41,569 bases of DNA, taken from contig NC_068995.1 of NCBI RefSeq assembly GCF_001194135.2, positions 11,613,504 through 11,655,072 on the forward strand, read 5' to 3'. The translations under genes were made by a program, and so were the position numbers. Below the pieces are notes generated by a model, which had not been told where the DNA came from, searched no databases, and worked only from the letters and a program-made list of their open reading frames with translations. The stretch comes from Octopus bimaculoides (lineage: Eukaryota). Below are positions 11,851 through 24,044 of the stretch, one piece after another (positions within the stretch are counted from its first letter, which is position 1; every line of letters begins with the position of its first letter).

Positions 11851-12243
11851 GGCGTAGGAGTGGCTGTGTGGTAAGTAGCTTGCTTACCAACCACATAGTC
11901 CCGGGTTCAGTCTCACTGCGTGACATCTTGGGCAAGTGTCTTCTACTATAGCCTCGGGTCGACCAATGCCTTCTGAGTGGATTTGGTAGACGGAAACTGA
12001 AAGAAGCCTGTCGTATATATGCATATATATATGTATGTGTGTATGTGTTTGTATGTCTGTGTTTGTCCCCCCAACATCGCTTGACAACCGATGCTGGTGT
12101 GTTTATGTCCCCGTAACATAGCGGTTCGGCAAAAGAGACCGATAGAATAAGTACTAGGCTTCCAAAGAATAAGTCCTGGCGGTGCTCCAGCATGGCCACA
12201 GTCAAAAGACTGAAACAAGTAAAAGAGTAAAAGAGTAAAAGAG
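11851..12243 (+). mobile_element. SINE family A, best-preserved copy
   Basis: A-box-like TGGCTGTGTGG, B-box-like GGGTTCAGTCTC, core tcttgggcaagtgtctt, internal (TA)(TG) microsatellite, and a 3' tail of AAAAGAGT repeats. Confidence 0.92.
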
Positions 12244-12885
12244 AATATGTATAAAATCAAGTAAAAGAACTTTCAAAGGGTGCTACTATAACCACTCCTT
12301 ATCTTTCTGCAACGAATAACAGACAAACCTCAGAGAAATTTCAAGCAATACATAAGTGTCCAAGGAAAAAGTATTAAAAATTTTAATATCTTTGGAGGAT
12401 ATGCTAAAAGAAAAATTATACACTAATGATTCGAATGTTCTTACCACATTAGTATTATGCAGATGTTATTTTGTATTTTGAAAATGATTTAAACAAGAGG
12501 ACTGATTTTTCTTCTTACAAAATGTAGTGATCTCAAAAATCCCTTCTCGTTAACATTATTCGAATTACAGAAACCAATTAAAGTATAATATTCTACCGCT
12601 GATGAGCTGGTAACTTTATACTATAGAAGATTTTTACATTTTACATTTTAACGTTATTGCTCATGCGAGATCTCACTGAGATCAATATTCCACCCGATCA
12701 GCACTATGGTGACTGATGAATTCGATACAAAAATGTATGCCTTTCCATATCGCGTTACTAAATAGCACATATACATTATAATAAGATGCATTACACGTAA
12801 TCTCCTATACATACCTACACACGTATATATATATACGTGTGTGCGTGTGTATATAGATATATATACATATACATACATACATACT

Positions 12886-12917
<32 letters not shown>

Positions 12918-13724
12918 NNNNNNNNNNNNNNNNNNNNNNNNNNNNNNNNNNNNNNNNNNNNNNNNNNNNNNNNNNNNNNNNNNNNNNNNNNNNNNNNNNN
13001 NNNNNNNNNNNNNNNNNNNNNNNNNNNNNNNNNNNNNNNNNNNNNNNNNNNNNNNNNNNNNNNNNNNNNNNNNNNNNNNNNNNNNNNNNNNNNNNNNNNN
13101 NNNNNNNNNNNNNNNNNNNNNNNNNNNNNNNNNNNNNNNNNNNNNNNNNNNNNNNNNNNNNNNNNNNNNNNNNNNNNNNNNNNNNNNNNNNNNNNNNNNN
13201 NNNNNNNNNNNNNNNNNNNNNNNNNNNNNNNNNNNNNNNNNNNNNNNNNNNNNNNNNNNNNNNNNNNNNNNNNNNNNNNNNNNNNNNNNNNNNNNNNNNN
13301 NNNNNNNNNNNNNNNNNNNNNNNNNNNNNNNNNNNNNNNNNNNNNNNNNNNNNNNNNNNNNNNNNNNNNNNNNNNNNNNNNNNNNNNNNNNNNNNNNNNN
13401 NNNNNNNNNNNNNNNNNNNNNNNNNNNNNNNNNNNNNNNNNNNNNNNNNNNNNNNNNNNNNNNNNNNNNNNNNNNNNNNNNNNNNNNNNNNNNNNNNNNN
13501 NNNNNNNNNNNNNNNNNNNNNNNNNNNNNNNNNNNNNNNNNNNNNNNNNNNNNNNNNNNNNNNNNNNNNNNNNNNNNNNNNNNNNNNNNNNNNNNNNNNN
13601 NNNNTATATATATATATATTACTGAAAGAAGCAGGAATTAATCGTCGACACGCAACTATAGAGTGATAGTTCAAATCGTTGTTTCCAGGATTAAGCAACA
13701 GGTGCAGCAGCAACAACAAAAACA

Positions 13725-14045
13725 TTGGTTTCAAATTTTGGCACAAGGCCAGCAATTTTGGGGGAGGGGGAAAGTCGATTACATCGACCCCTGGTACTTA
13801 TTTCCTCGATTCCGAAAGAATGGAAGCCACAGTTAACGTCGACGCAATTTGAACTCAGAACGCGAAGACAAACGAAATGCTGTTAGGCTTTTTGTCCGGT
13901 GTGCTAACGATTCGGCCAACTCACTTCGTACTTATTTCATCCACCCCGACAGAATGAAAGTCAAAGTGGACCTCAGCGGAATTTGAACTTCAAGCCTAAA
14001 GATTGACGAAATGGTGATAAGTACTTTGTCTGACGTGCTTACGAC
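13725..14045 (-). mobile_element. Two tandem SINE family B copies (13725-13925, 13926-14045)
   Basis: ggcacaaggcc, atcgacccc, gtacttatt, aatttgaactcagaac, gctaacgattc: reverse complement of the family B consensus. Confidence 0.85.
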
Positions 14046-15029
14046 TATAATAATGTTATCATATTTTGGCGCATATTACAACAACGACAACAACAACAAT
14101 AGAAGCAGCAGCAGCAGTAAAAGTATGATCATTATAACAATAATGAGCCAATTAGTGCATCCGAATTTCAAAATATCAACAGATTAACATAACTAACATA
14201 ATGAAACAGTGAAACAGATCTGTGTCACAATGTATGTTATGAAACAATGTGATCAGAAATTCAAATGTCCCTCTTAAATTGTGCATGTATGCAAGTTTTC
14301 CCTCTTCACGACATTGATAATCGCTAAGTTAAATGCAAAAATCAATATGTATCTCCAACAATCATTGACACTGTCAATTTCTGGGAACTGGAACTAGACA
14401 CTGCAATGCATCGGATCTAACGCTCAGATAATTATTCCGTCAATCCACCGATCTAGACCTATAATTTATATATAAACCCAAGGAGAACGAATGTCCAATT
14501 TGACGTGTATAGGATTTCAAGTCAGATGGCTTTGAGCCAATACCAATAAGGCTCTAATGATTCTGATCATACACTGCCTAAACGAAAAGAAACGCAATAT
14601 TTTCGAATGTATCGATCCCAATAAGGATCTGCAATTCTGTATCAGTTTGCTTAGTTGAACTTATTTAGCTCAGGTCATAGCTCTCCGATTAGACTTATAA
14701 TCAACGATATTCCATCTTATTTCTTAGAGGTGTTTTGACTAATATCTCATTTCTTACTTTTATGACGGCAGCGTACTACTGTACGGTTTCACAGGGTGAC
14801 GGTGACCTGTTATTGACCAGTAACCATACAGTATAGCACTACCAGCCATGGTTAAATGGCCGTCATCTACACTTACTGCGTTTTCACAGAGATAAAGGTG
14901 TGTAGAGATCCAGTAAGATTTAAAATCTGATCTAGTATACTGAACTCCTTGTGAGACGACACCGATGTCCTTCCTGGTGAGGTGATTGACATCAATAGGA
15001 TTATTATATCCAATGACACAACTGGTACT

Positions 15030-15335
15030 CCGTTGGTTACGACGACGAGGGTTCCAGTTGATCCGATCGACGGAAGGCTGTTCACGAAATTAACGTGCAG
15101 GTGGCTGAGCACTCCACAGACTCATGTGTCCTGAACAAACTTCTCAGGGAGATTCAGCGTGACACAGAATGTAAACAAGGCTGGCCCTTTCAAATACAAG
15201 TATTACTCATTTTTGCCAGGTGACTGGACTGGACCAACGTGAAATAAAGTGTTTTGCTCAAGGACACAACACATCACTGTGTATCGAACTCATGACCTTG
15301 CGATTGTGAACCAAATACCCTAACCACTAAACCAA
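15030..15335 (-). mobile_element. SINE family C, near full length
   Basis: gggttccagttgatccgatc...ttaacgtgcaggtggctgagcactccacag...tgaaataaagtgttttgctcaaggacacaac...atcgaactc. Confidence 0.88.
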
Positions 15336-15589
15336 CCGCCCCAATGAAACAACTAAACTGAAATTACGCCAGTAAATACTGGTGTAATTTCAGTTCAATT
15401 CCACTAAACCAGGGAGGTACCATAAAACGGAAAACCAAGACTAAGGGAATGAAAATATAGAAAAGGCTGACAAGTGCCGCAACGCGAGATGTGTTACGTA
15501 TTTCAAGACGTACTTCAGCAAGATTTGACTGCAATTACTCATGTAATTACTAAAGCCGAATCAACAATGAGTTGCCTTGATCGCTCTAT

Positions 15590-15785
15590 ATTTTATCTTT
15601 TATCTTTTACTTGTTTCAGTCACTAGACTGCGGCCATGCCGGGGCTTCACCTTGAAATTTTTTTTAGTCGAATGAATCGACCCTAGTACTTATACTGTCG
15701 GTCTCTTTTGCCGAAATGCTAAGGTGCGAGCACCTTAAAACATCACGGCCAGCTGTTAACCAGTGATAGGGGACAAACACACCCG
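15590..15785 (-). mobile_element. SINE family A 3' portion
   Basis: cttttacttgtttcagtcactagactgcggccatgc...gtcggtctcttttgccgaa...ggggacaaacac, running into a (CA)n tract. Confidence 0.85.
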
Positions 15786-15800
15786 CAAAGATACACATAC

Positions 15801-15839
<39 letters not shown>

Positions 15840-15845
15840 CACACA

Positions 15846-15893
<48 letters not shown>

Positions 15894-15914
15894 CACAAAT
15901 AAGCCCTCATTTAC

Positions 15915-16605
15915 ATACATGATGGCTGTCCACTGTGACCGAGGAAGACCATTGCTGAGCTTTAGGAACAAATTGCGCTCGAGGACTGACTTATATTTTG
16001 CATTTGCGGCTCCGTTGGTGGCTAAAGAGCTCTGCTCTTGACAAGCGTACACGTCTGCGGACATTGTGAACACTGCAGACCAATCTTTCCCCCATTCACT
16101 ACATTATCAGTGCCCTTTCCAGCAGCACGCATAATTTCATGAAGAATACGTTCTTTTTCTAAAGTGTCGATCCCCTCATTAACCTGCTTCCTCCATCTGT
16201 GGCGATTATAGTCATTGCTCTTCCGATCGGTCTCGAGCATATCACAGGCCTTTAATGAGGACTTGACACAATCCTTAAATCGCAGCCTTGGTTACTGCCG
16301 GGGTCACTTTCCACTAACAAGTTCCCCATATAGCATTTGTTTAGGGATCCTGCTATCGTTCATTTTTAATAAGGTGTTGAGTCCAACGTAAGCGGTGCTT
16401 GCCCACCATCGCCTCAAGATATCAGCTTTCTTCAAAACCTGTGTATCGGGAGCTTTTTAAGGTCCAGCCAACATTCAGAATGTGTCTGAAACATTTCTGA
16501 TGGAAGCGTCAAAGGACCTTTACACGACATTTGTAAAGGATCCATGTCTCACATGAGTAAAGGAGCGATGTCAGTACACATGAACGGTACACAACAATTC
16601 AGTGT
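15915..16605 (-). mobile_element. 3' fragment of an RTE (BovB-like) LINE: post-RT region, C-terminal zinc finger and 3' UTR
   Basis: Minus-strand translation: LTSLLYSCETWILY...RFHQKCFRHIL, MNDSRIPKQMLYGELVSGK*PRQ*PRLRFKDCVKSSLKAC, RWRKQVNEG, then CSQC and, after a frameshift, LSRAELFSHQR. These are characteristic RTE ORF C-terminal motifs, interrupted by stops. Confidence 0.9.
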
Positions 16606-16639
16606 CTAAAAACATCCCGTTATATTTCTATAGTTGTTT

Positions 16640-16727
16640 AAACATTTTGTGTATTTATTGAACATAAACTAACAAAATCTTATATGGGCCCCTAAGGGCG
16701 ATATTGGACCCCGGTTGAATACCACTA
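16640..16727 (-). mobile_element. hAT-type MITE terminal fragment
   Basis: Reverse complement reads tagtggtattcaaccgggg...ttaggggcccatataagattttg, homologous to the 31394 copy that begins CAGTGGTTCTCAA. Confidence 0.65.
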
Positions 16728-16930
16728 GTCTCGACTGAATACTGTAATTTGTGAAAGATTAGGCTGTTATTTCTAGCAGCTCGATGGACCACGTGAGAGC
16801 TCTCCTTCTTTGGTTCGCCTTTGCTAAGTAAACCATATAGATATTTTGTGTAGAGGATATACCGGGTGATGTCGTTTCCGACTTCATAGATTATTTAACT
16901 ATATTACGAAATATAATCCGAAGCCGGTCG

Positions 16931-16966
16931 AGGTCATATGGTTTTGACCTTTCGTTGAAAAGGTCA
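16931..16966. promoter_or_regulatory. Nuclear-receptor element cluster: consensus NurRE (TGACCTTT-n6-AAAGGTCA, 16945-16966) plus upstream AGGTCA (16931-16936)
   Basis: Exact sequence AGGTCA tatggttt TGACCTTT cgttga AAAGGTCA. The everted pair of NBRE octamers with a 6-bp spacer is the consensus NurRE geometry. Function is not shown. Confidence 0.45.
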
Positions 16967-17368
16967 ACGTTTTCCATCACTTCACAGATGGGGCGCTGTG
17001 TTCGCTTTCCATTGTTTACCACTTTAAGCAACAGATTACATTGCAATACTCAACAAGAGATTTGTTAGCTAATAGTTCTGAGCTTAAATTTGTCTCTCTG
17101 TTATGGATCTCGGCGTGGGATTCGTTTTCTATCTCCTCTATAAATTTAGTATATTTACATTGCTCCAAATACACTATTCGAAGTGAAATCTTCCTCCCTC
17201 TCACCGACCCAGTGACTAATGGAATCCCACACCATGAAGCGGAAGTTACGTTTACCTAAAATATAAATATTGTTTCTCTCTCAAAAACAAGAATTTCCAA
17301 TAATGATTTGTGATATTGGCACAAGGCCTAATTTCACAGAAGATACGCTATACAATACAGGAAAATGG

Positions 17369-17650
17369 AAGGCGGTGTGCTGGCAGAAACGTTAGCGCGC
17401 CGGGCGAAATGCTTAGCGTTCAAATTCTGCCGAGGTCGATGAATTAAGTACCAGTTGCGTACTGGAGTCGATCTAATTGACTGGTTTCCTCCCCCCAAAA
17501 TTTCGGGCCTTGCTCCTAGAGTAGAAAAGAATATCATAAATGCGAAGGCGGCGAGTTGGCACAATCGTTAGCACGCCGGGCAAAATGCTTAGCAGCGTTT
17601 CATTTGACTTTATCATTTCATCCTTTCAAGATCGAAAAAATAAGTACCCC
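17369..17650 (+). mobile_element. Two tandem SINE family B copies (17369-17530, 17543-17650), each internally deleted
   Basis: aaggcggtgtgctggcagaaacgttagcgcgccgggcgaaatgcttagc and aaggcggcgagttggcacaatcgttagcacgccgggcaaaatgcttagc. Confidence 0.88.
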
Positions 17651-19367
17651 TTGACGCACCTCGCTACCCTTCGTAGAGTTAAATTCACAGCTATTTCTAG
17701 AAATCATTTACAGGTGAGTAGATTGGAGAAAGGTGAATCAAAATGTTTTTTTACTTAATTACAACACAATGCCCAGTCCTTACTTCACTTAACTCTACGA
17801 CTGATCGGCTTCCCGTTCACTTGAGAGTGAAGCTATTTCAGTCAGTTGCACACTAAGGAGTCCGGTTTAGCGTCTTGGCTTACGAGTTCTAGAGCTTACG
17901 AAAGACCTAAAGCGAAAGATATATCGAAACATTTTAACATTTTGCATTATTATAAGCTAATTGTGTGACGACTTTTTCTAAAGTGTGAAACTAACAATCT
18001 TAGAGGTTTTATACTGTCTAAAATCATTATCACATCAATTTATAAGTTATAAATATTTATTCTCCTGGGACTTCTGAGTAACTAATTCTATTGTTCAACG
18101 AACTGATCATTCATCACCAAAACTGACTGATATTCATTTTTAAGAATTGATTATATTAAAAAACAAAATCATCTTCGTTGATATCTGAATCTCGATTATT
18201 GAGCAATGGTACTGAATGCTACGTAAGGTTTAGTTCGACGATGTCTCCTTTCTCTTAAATCACTGAATTAAAAAAGGTAAAGAGAAATGTAGATTTGATC
18301 AACGTTTCGCTAGTTCGTTGTGTTAAGCTCAACTGCTCCCTTGAGCTAAGTACACTCGGTGAGAAAAGAAGAACAGTGACAATAACTACAAAATTAACAT
18401 TAGCTACGGTCATAGAGGTTGTTGCGCCAGTCTTTTGCATACGAGTACGGCAACTAAGTTTTCTTTTCCGAAGAGTGTTTAGTGATAGTATGGGAAACAA
18501 ATAGAATAAAAATGAAAAGAAGAAATCTAAAGCACAGTACCAATTTAAATAGATAGAAGACATCAATTCGGTAATGGCATAAACAGAAGACCATGTGTCT
18601 GTCTGTGCTAGCAAATGAAAGAAAAATATATATCTCTCGGGAATGGTATTAATTTACTTGTGTGTAAAAGATCATATAATGCTAAATAACATGCTTGTTT
18701 CACTTTGCTTCTAAGCGACTTTGGTTTTGCCGTTACATTTGTTCCTAATGCATCTATCATTAGTAAAACGTGATGCGTTTGCAGAAATCAAGAGAGACAG
18801 TATTAAATTAAGGATGGTTTTGGTAAAGAGTTCGAAGACGAGAAAGTCACACCTAATCATTCGGTTGATGATCTTTTCCTTTCCGCTGATAATGTTTTCA
18901 AACAGCAATCACAATTTAGCCGAAAAATCTGTCTCGTAGAAAAATATCCTTGCTTGGTATTACTTTCGAAACGATAGGATTCAGCCAAGTGCTGAAAGTA
19001 TAAACGAACTGAGCCCCTGGTCAAGTCGCATATTGTGTAAACAAGCAATTTGTAGAAGGTTGATTAAAGACAAACATACCAATATGAGCGCGATTTTATA
19101 AAACTTGCTGATATAGATTCTGAACGGTGATTGTCACAAAAATAGCATTGGTATTTTTGCTGTCGGCAGTTAGTTAGAACCGGAATTGGATTAGCACTGA
19201 GAGATTGTTTCGAAAAACTATGATTCAATTTAGCGCCATTTTCAACGTTTCATTTTATGCGAAATTAAACAATCAAAAGAATTTACCAGATGCATAAATA
19301 ACTTCTTTTGTCTTGTTAGTATGTCCGAACGTCTGTCTGTCTATCGCCGTCTCTACCGGTTTCTCTT

Positions 19368-19395
19368 TCGTTGTTGTTGTTGTTGTTCTTCTTCT

Positions 19396-19484
<89 letters not shown>

Positions 19485-19617
19485 CGTGTGTATGTCTGAG
19501 TGTGTATATATATATATACTTGTATGTGTGTATATGTATATATGTATACATGTGTTTATGCCTATAAATATATGTATATATAGGTATATGCACATATACA
19601 TACGTATATATGTGTAT
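19368..19617. repeat. Compound microsatellite (GTT)(CTT)(CT)(TA)(TG)
   Basis: Directly visible. Confidence 0.95.
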
Positions 19618-20795
19618 NNNNNNNNNNNNNNNNNNNNNNNNNNNNNNNNNNNNNNNNNNNNNNNNNNNNNNNNNNNNNNNNNNNNNNNNNNNNNNNNNNN
19701 NNNNNNNNNNNNNNNNNNNNNNNNNNNNNNNNNNNNNNNNNNNNNNNNNNNNNNNNNNNNNNNNNNNNNNNNNNNNNNNNNNNNNNNNNNNNNNNNNNNN
19801 NNNNNNNNNNNNNNNNNNNNNNNNNNNNNNNNNNNNNNNNNNNNNNNNNNNNNNNNNNNNNNNNNNNNNNNNNNNNNNNNNNNNNNNNNNNNNNNNNNNN
19901 NNNNNNNNNNNNNNNNNNNNNNNNNNNNNNTATATATATATATATATATATATGCATATATGCATGCATATATATGTATGAGTGAGTGTATCCCAATACC
20001 ACTACATAATCTCTCCCTCTTTCCCCCCGTTTCTGGCACTCTCTCATATATATACATACATATATAAATACATATATACATACTCCTTTTTACTTCTCTT
20101 ATGATCTCCATCCCTATCGGACAACTTGAAAGTTGTGCAAATTCTTCCTTGGAAATCACTCGTTAGCATCACTGGCATCTTGTCAACTAAGAACTTATAT
20201 TTCTTCAGCCCACACCTACCACATTCATATGTGTACGTACATATGCATAATATATAATATATATATATATATATATACCCCGATATTTAAGATTAAGATC
20301 CAGGGATCCAAGAATAAGACTTTTGTAAGCTTCAACTAGTCCGTGGCAGGTATAGAAAACAAAATGGGTACAGAGTACGATAAAGAACAATTGCAATTTT
20401 TTGGCATCGAAGATTAACAAACTTTTCTCATACCGAAGTAACAAGGAAATTTAATGAGCTGAAAGTTTCTGTACGGCTAACGGTTAGAGGTTTATTTATT
20501 TGCTACAAATGCGGGTATTAATCCCTAACTGGCGGAGTGGAACGGGTAAAGTGTAGGCTACATATATTTCTTAGCAATTTGAGACTCTGATAATAATTAC
20601 TCAACGAGGGATACTCAACTTAGCTAATGATCAGTTCGAGAATAGTTTAATTAAATGAAGGTTACATTGTTGCCTGGAGTTTCCAAGTTAACTCACCGCA
20701 TTTAATGAAGCTGTCCTTGGCCTGATGATTAGCTAATTTTGAAATGTTGAAGGTGGACGGGCTTTGTGCAGTATTCTACTACGTTCTTAACAGAT

Positions 20796-20885
20796 ATACC
20801 ATAACTATATATATCCTTCGGCTTTGAATCGAAAAATTCTTCATAGGCTTCTTCAACGTCATCGAATGAATCAAATCGGCGACCT
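20796..20885 (-). mobile_element. C-terminal fragment of a mariner (DD34D) transposase
   Basis: Minus strand encodes GRRFDSFDDVEEAYEEFFDSKPKDIYSYGI, matching the mariner C-terminal pattern GxRFxSxEEV...FFxSKPxxFYxxGI. Confidence 0.7.
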
Positions 20886-21320
20886 TCCTCTTCCACGTCT
20901 TCATATGCCTCCTCTTACTCCTCTTCCTCATTCTTAAACTCCTTTTCTTTTTCCTCTGCTTCTTTCGCCTTCCTCTTTTCTTCTTATTTCTCCTTTTCAT
21001 TTTCTTCTTATTCATATTCCTCCACTTTGTCCATCCTCTTCCTCCACTTCCCCCTCCTCCACTTCCTCATTCTTTAAATCCTTTTCCTTTCCTCTCCTTC
21101 TTTCTCCTTCCTCTTTTCTTCTCACTCCACTTCATTTTCTTCTTATTCATATTCATTCTTCCACCTCGTCCATCTCTCCTCCTCCTCCTTCCTCCTTTTC
21201 CTTCTACATATTTTCGTTCCCTCTACTTCTTTCCCCACTTCTTCTTCTTCATCATCGCCTTCTTCTTCTTCTTCTTCTTCTTCTTCTTCTTCTTCTTCTT
21301 CTTCTTCTTCTTCTTCTTCT

Positions 21321-21355
<35 letters not shown>

Positions 21356-21440
21356 TTCTTCGTCTTCTTCTTCCTTTCCGTTCCCTCTTTCCCTTCTTTC
21401 TCCACCTCCACTTCTTTTTCGTTGTCCTTCTTCTCTGAAA
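20886..21440. repeat. Polypyrimidine/polypurine low-complexity tract with an internal ~135-bp tandem duplication and (CTT)n
   Basis: cttcctcattctt...ttcttattcatattc occurs at about 20923-21020 and again at about 21062-21155. A near-pure (CTT)n run occupies about 21260-21370. Confidence 0.92.
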
Positions 21441-21639
21441 GAAACCAACTGTGCTAAACGTAAAAAAAAAAAGAAAAAAAAAAGAAAAAGAAAAAAGAAA
21501 AAAAACAGAGAGATGTGCTCTGCCAGTTGTAAACGAGTCCAGTTCCCGAAGGAATTACGACTGCACTTCTCTGACCCTAAAATGATTTGAGAACACAACG
21601 CATAGCAAATCAACATGTGATTGCGTGCGTATGCACGTA

Positions 21640-21940
21640 TGTGCGCATGGGCATTTGCGTCTACGAGAATCTATATATACGCATGCATGAAAACGTCAGC
21701 ATATCAGTATATTTAAATAATTGACGTACTGGGAACTGCTTCTAAAGAGTGAATATTATAGGTGTCGTTGACGTCCATACGCAATGCTAGCAAACTATTG
21801 CACTCAGGGGGAACATAATTTTATTATTTGAGCAGATTTATTTTAGGTAATTTATAACAATGAATTTCACTGTTTTGCGTGTGTTTTAGTAATTTAACGG
21901 TCTTTTAGATCTTTTAGAGGTACTTTTTATTACTGGAAGT
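21640..21940 (+). repeat. Unclassified ~300-bp repeat, direct copy 1 (copy 2 at 26810-27145)
   Basis: Collinear blocks gcatatcagtatattt / gcatatcggtatattt, tctaaagagtgaatattata / tctaaagagcgaatattata, aatttataacaatgaa / aatttataacgatgaa, ttcactgtttt. Confidence 0.8.
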
Positions 21941-22445
21941 AAAAAAAAATAGACATAGAAAGCAGAATAATGTGTATTCGTATTTACAAACATACAGGAA
22001 CAAACGCACGCTCAAACACACACACACACACACATATATATATGAGTGTGTATGTATATGCATGTGCAAGATTATGCATACATAACATACATAAATACAC
22101 ACAAACATACATAAATACACACAAACATACATATATATATATGTTGTCATATACGTACATATATACACACAGACACACAATACAGTCACACACACATATG
22201 CATACACACATATACATATATACATCCAATATATATATTTATTAATATATATATATATATATATATATATACGCATATCAGCACATATTTACAGTCACAC
22301 CCGCACACTTCGTTATCTAGAAACACATATATACAGTCACACGCATATATGAGTATATTAATTGTATCATGATATTGAATTTGTTGAAGGTACGTATTTA
22401 CTTCTCGCTTAGGATATATCAGATGTATACGTATATAGATTTTAG

Positions 22446-22564
22446 TGTCAGAGATACATGGTAGTAGCTTCATCAAGCTGTCATATCTTCCTGGAATCAT
22501 GGCCAATATTCTTAGAGAAATATGTATTCTTTCATGGATCTTATCTTTAGCCATCAGTGAAGAG
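22446..22564 (+). CDS. Candidate exon encoding a signal-peptide-like segment MANILREICILSWILSLAISEE (ATG 22499)
   Basis: Acceptor ttttag (or tgtcag 6 nt further on), only one frame open across the segment, Kozak-like atcATGG, hydrophobic core, and donor GAG|GTGAGG. No homology recognised. Confidence 0.33.
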
Positions 22565-22697
22565 GTGAGGGACAAACAACAGCAAATATCATAACAGTAA
22601 ACCGTTTACATTTTCACGCGTCGCGCAATTCGAAGCCGACAATTACAGTTTCTAGAAACTGAAAGAAGTCCGTCGTACACACACACACACACATACA

Positions 22698-23751
22698 CAG
22701 GGTGCGTAAGATATTTGAGGGCAGATTTATGTTGATATAAAGAAAACATAAATGTATTAACAGATAACTTTATTTATCAAAAAATGCTATGAGGATAAAA
22801 ATAAACCTTCTTTTCTATAATGTTATTCAAGAAAGCCACATTCAACTTCAACAACTGCTTCTACATGAGATCTAAATCATCCACATGATCCAGTCAAGTG
22901 GTCCTGATTAATTTTGGACATTACTCTGACTATGGCAGCTTTCAAAGAATTTTTGGTGTTATGGACGTGTTCATTGACCTCTCTCTCAACAATGCTCCAC
23001 ATGAAATAGTCTAATGGGTTGAAATCTGGGGAATTAGGAGGTCAAAGGTTCGGGGTTATGTGATCATGAAACTTTTCAGCCATCCATTCCTGTTTTACTA
23101 GAGCCATGTGTGATGGTGCAAAGTCTTACTGAAACACATATGGCCTTCCATTGCATACACTGTCTATTCAGGGATTATCAATTATTTTCAGGACCTCAAT
23201 GTAGGCGGTTGAGTTAACTCTATGGCCGTGTCGAAAGAAGTAAGGGGGCATCACATGTCCTTCATTGCTGACAACCCCTAAACCCATGACAGTTGCAGGA
23301 AATTTTGTATGCATAACACTTAGAACTTCAGAAGGGTCTGCACATAACCATCTGTCATTTCTTCTGTAAACTTTTTGATTTTGGTCGAAGTTTTTCTTGT
23401 TTGAGAAAACCTAAATCATATTTTCTTCTGTTGGAATTTTCAGTTTGTTTAAGAACCTTTTAGATCTGATGAGTCGATATTCTTTTGCTTTTTCTGACAA
23501 ACTGACCTTTCCTCTTCATATACGACTTATATCTAATATTTTCATGGACAATATTTCTGAAATTTCATTCTGACACATGGAGATCTTTTGCAGTTGGCTT
23601 CATGGACTTTCTGAGATTGTAATCCATGGTTTGTTGAACATGCTGGATAAATTCAAGTGTTCTGATGATTTCAGAGCGTTTAGAATGCTTTTTATGCTGT
23701 GATACTGGTCATACGTTTCCATCCTCAAAATCTAGTTCCTTACAAACCCTG
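22698..23751 (-). mobile_element. Tc1/mariner superfamily DNA transposon, DD37D (maT) family, decayed and lacking the transposase N-terminus
   Basis: TIR cagggtgcgtaag (22698) versus reverse complement cagggtttgtaag (ending 23751, followed by TA). Minus-strand translation gives FSNKKNFDQ (first D lost), HTKFPATVMGLGVVSNEGHVMPPYFF, and YVFQ*DFAPSH...PPNSPDFNPLDY with 37 residues between the second and third catalytic D. Confidence 0.92.
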
Positions 23752-24044
23752 TAGACGAAAGTTCTGGCAACTTTTAAAAATCGAGATATTTCTAAAACTC
23801 TATGCCCAGCTTTTATAATCACAATAACAGCATACCACTTCATTTCTAGAGCTGAGGGTCTGCCATTATTATTTTCTGAAACAAAGATTATACAGTGTTA
23901 ACAAAAAATGCAGCAATGACCCCTAAAGAGGTATCTCCTCAAATACCTTAGACACCCTCTGTCTCCCTCTTTTTTCTCTCTCTGTGGATCTCTCTCTCTA
24001 AATACATATATATATGTGTGTGTATGTATAGATGTATGTATGTA

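Noticed and set aside
11851-11925. tRNA gene
   Set aside because: The A/B-box-like head cannot be folded into a full cloverleaf and continues into a SINE body, so it is a SINE head rather than a tRNA.
12713-12745. CTGATGA-attc-GATAC...GTA hammerhead-like motif
   Set aside because: Stem II is absent, GAAA is mutated, and stem I does not pair.
18812-18955. Protein-like open frame DGFGKEFEDEKVTPNHSVDDLFLSADNVF...
   Set aside because: Weak acceptor and donor and no recognisable homology; compatible with chance.
19234-19242. YY1-type CGCCATTTT motif
   Set aside because: A single short motif with no supporting promoter features.
21143-21616. Poly-Glu and poly-Lys ORFs
   Set aside because: Translations of a (CTT)n/(GAA)n tract. 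The Glu frame is broken by TAA codons further on, and no splice sites support it.
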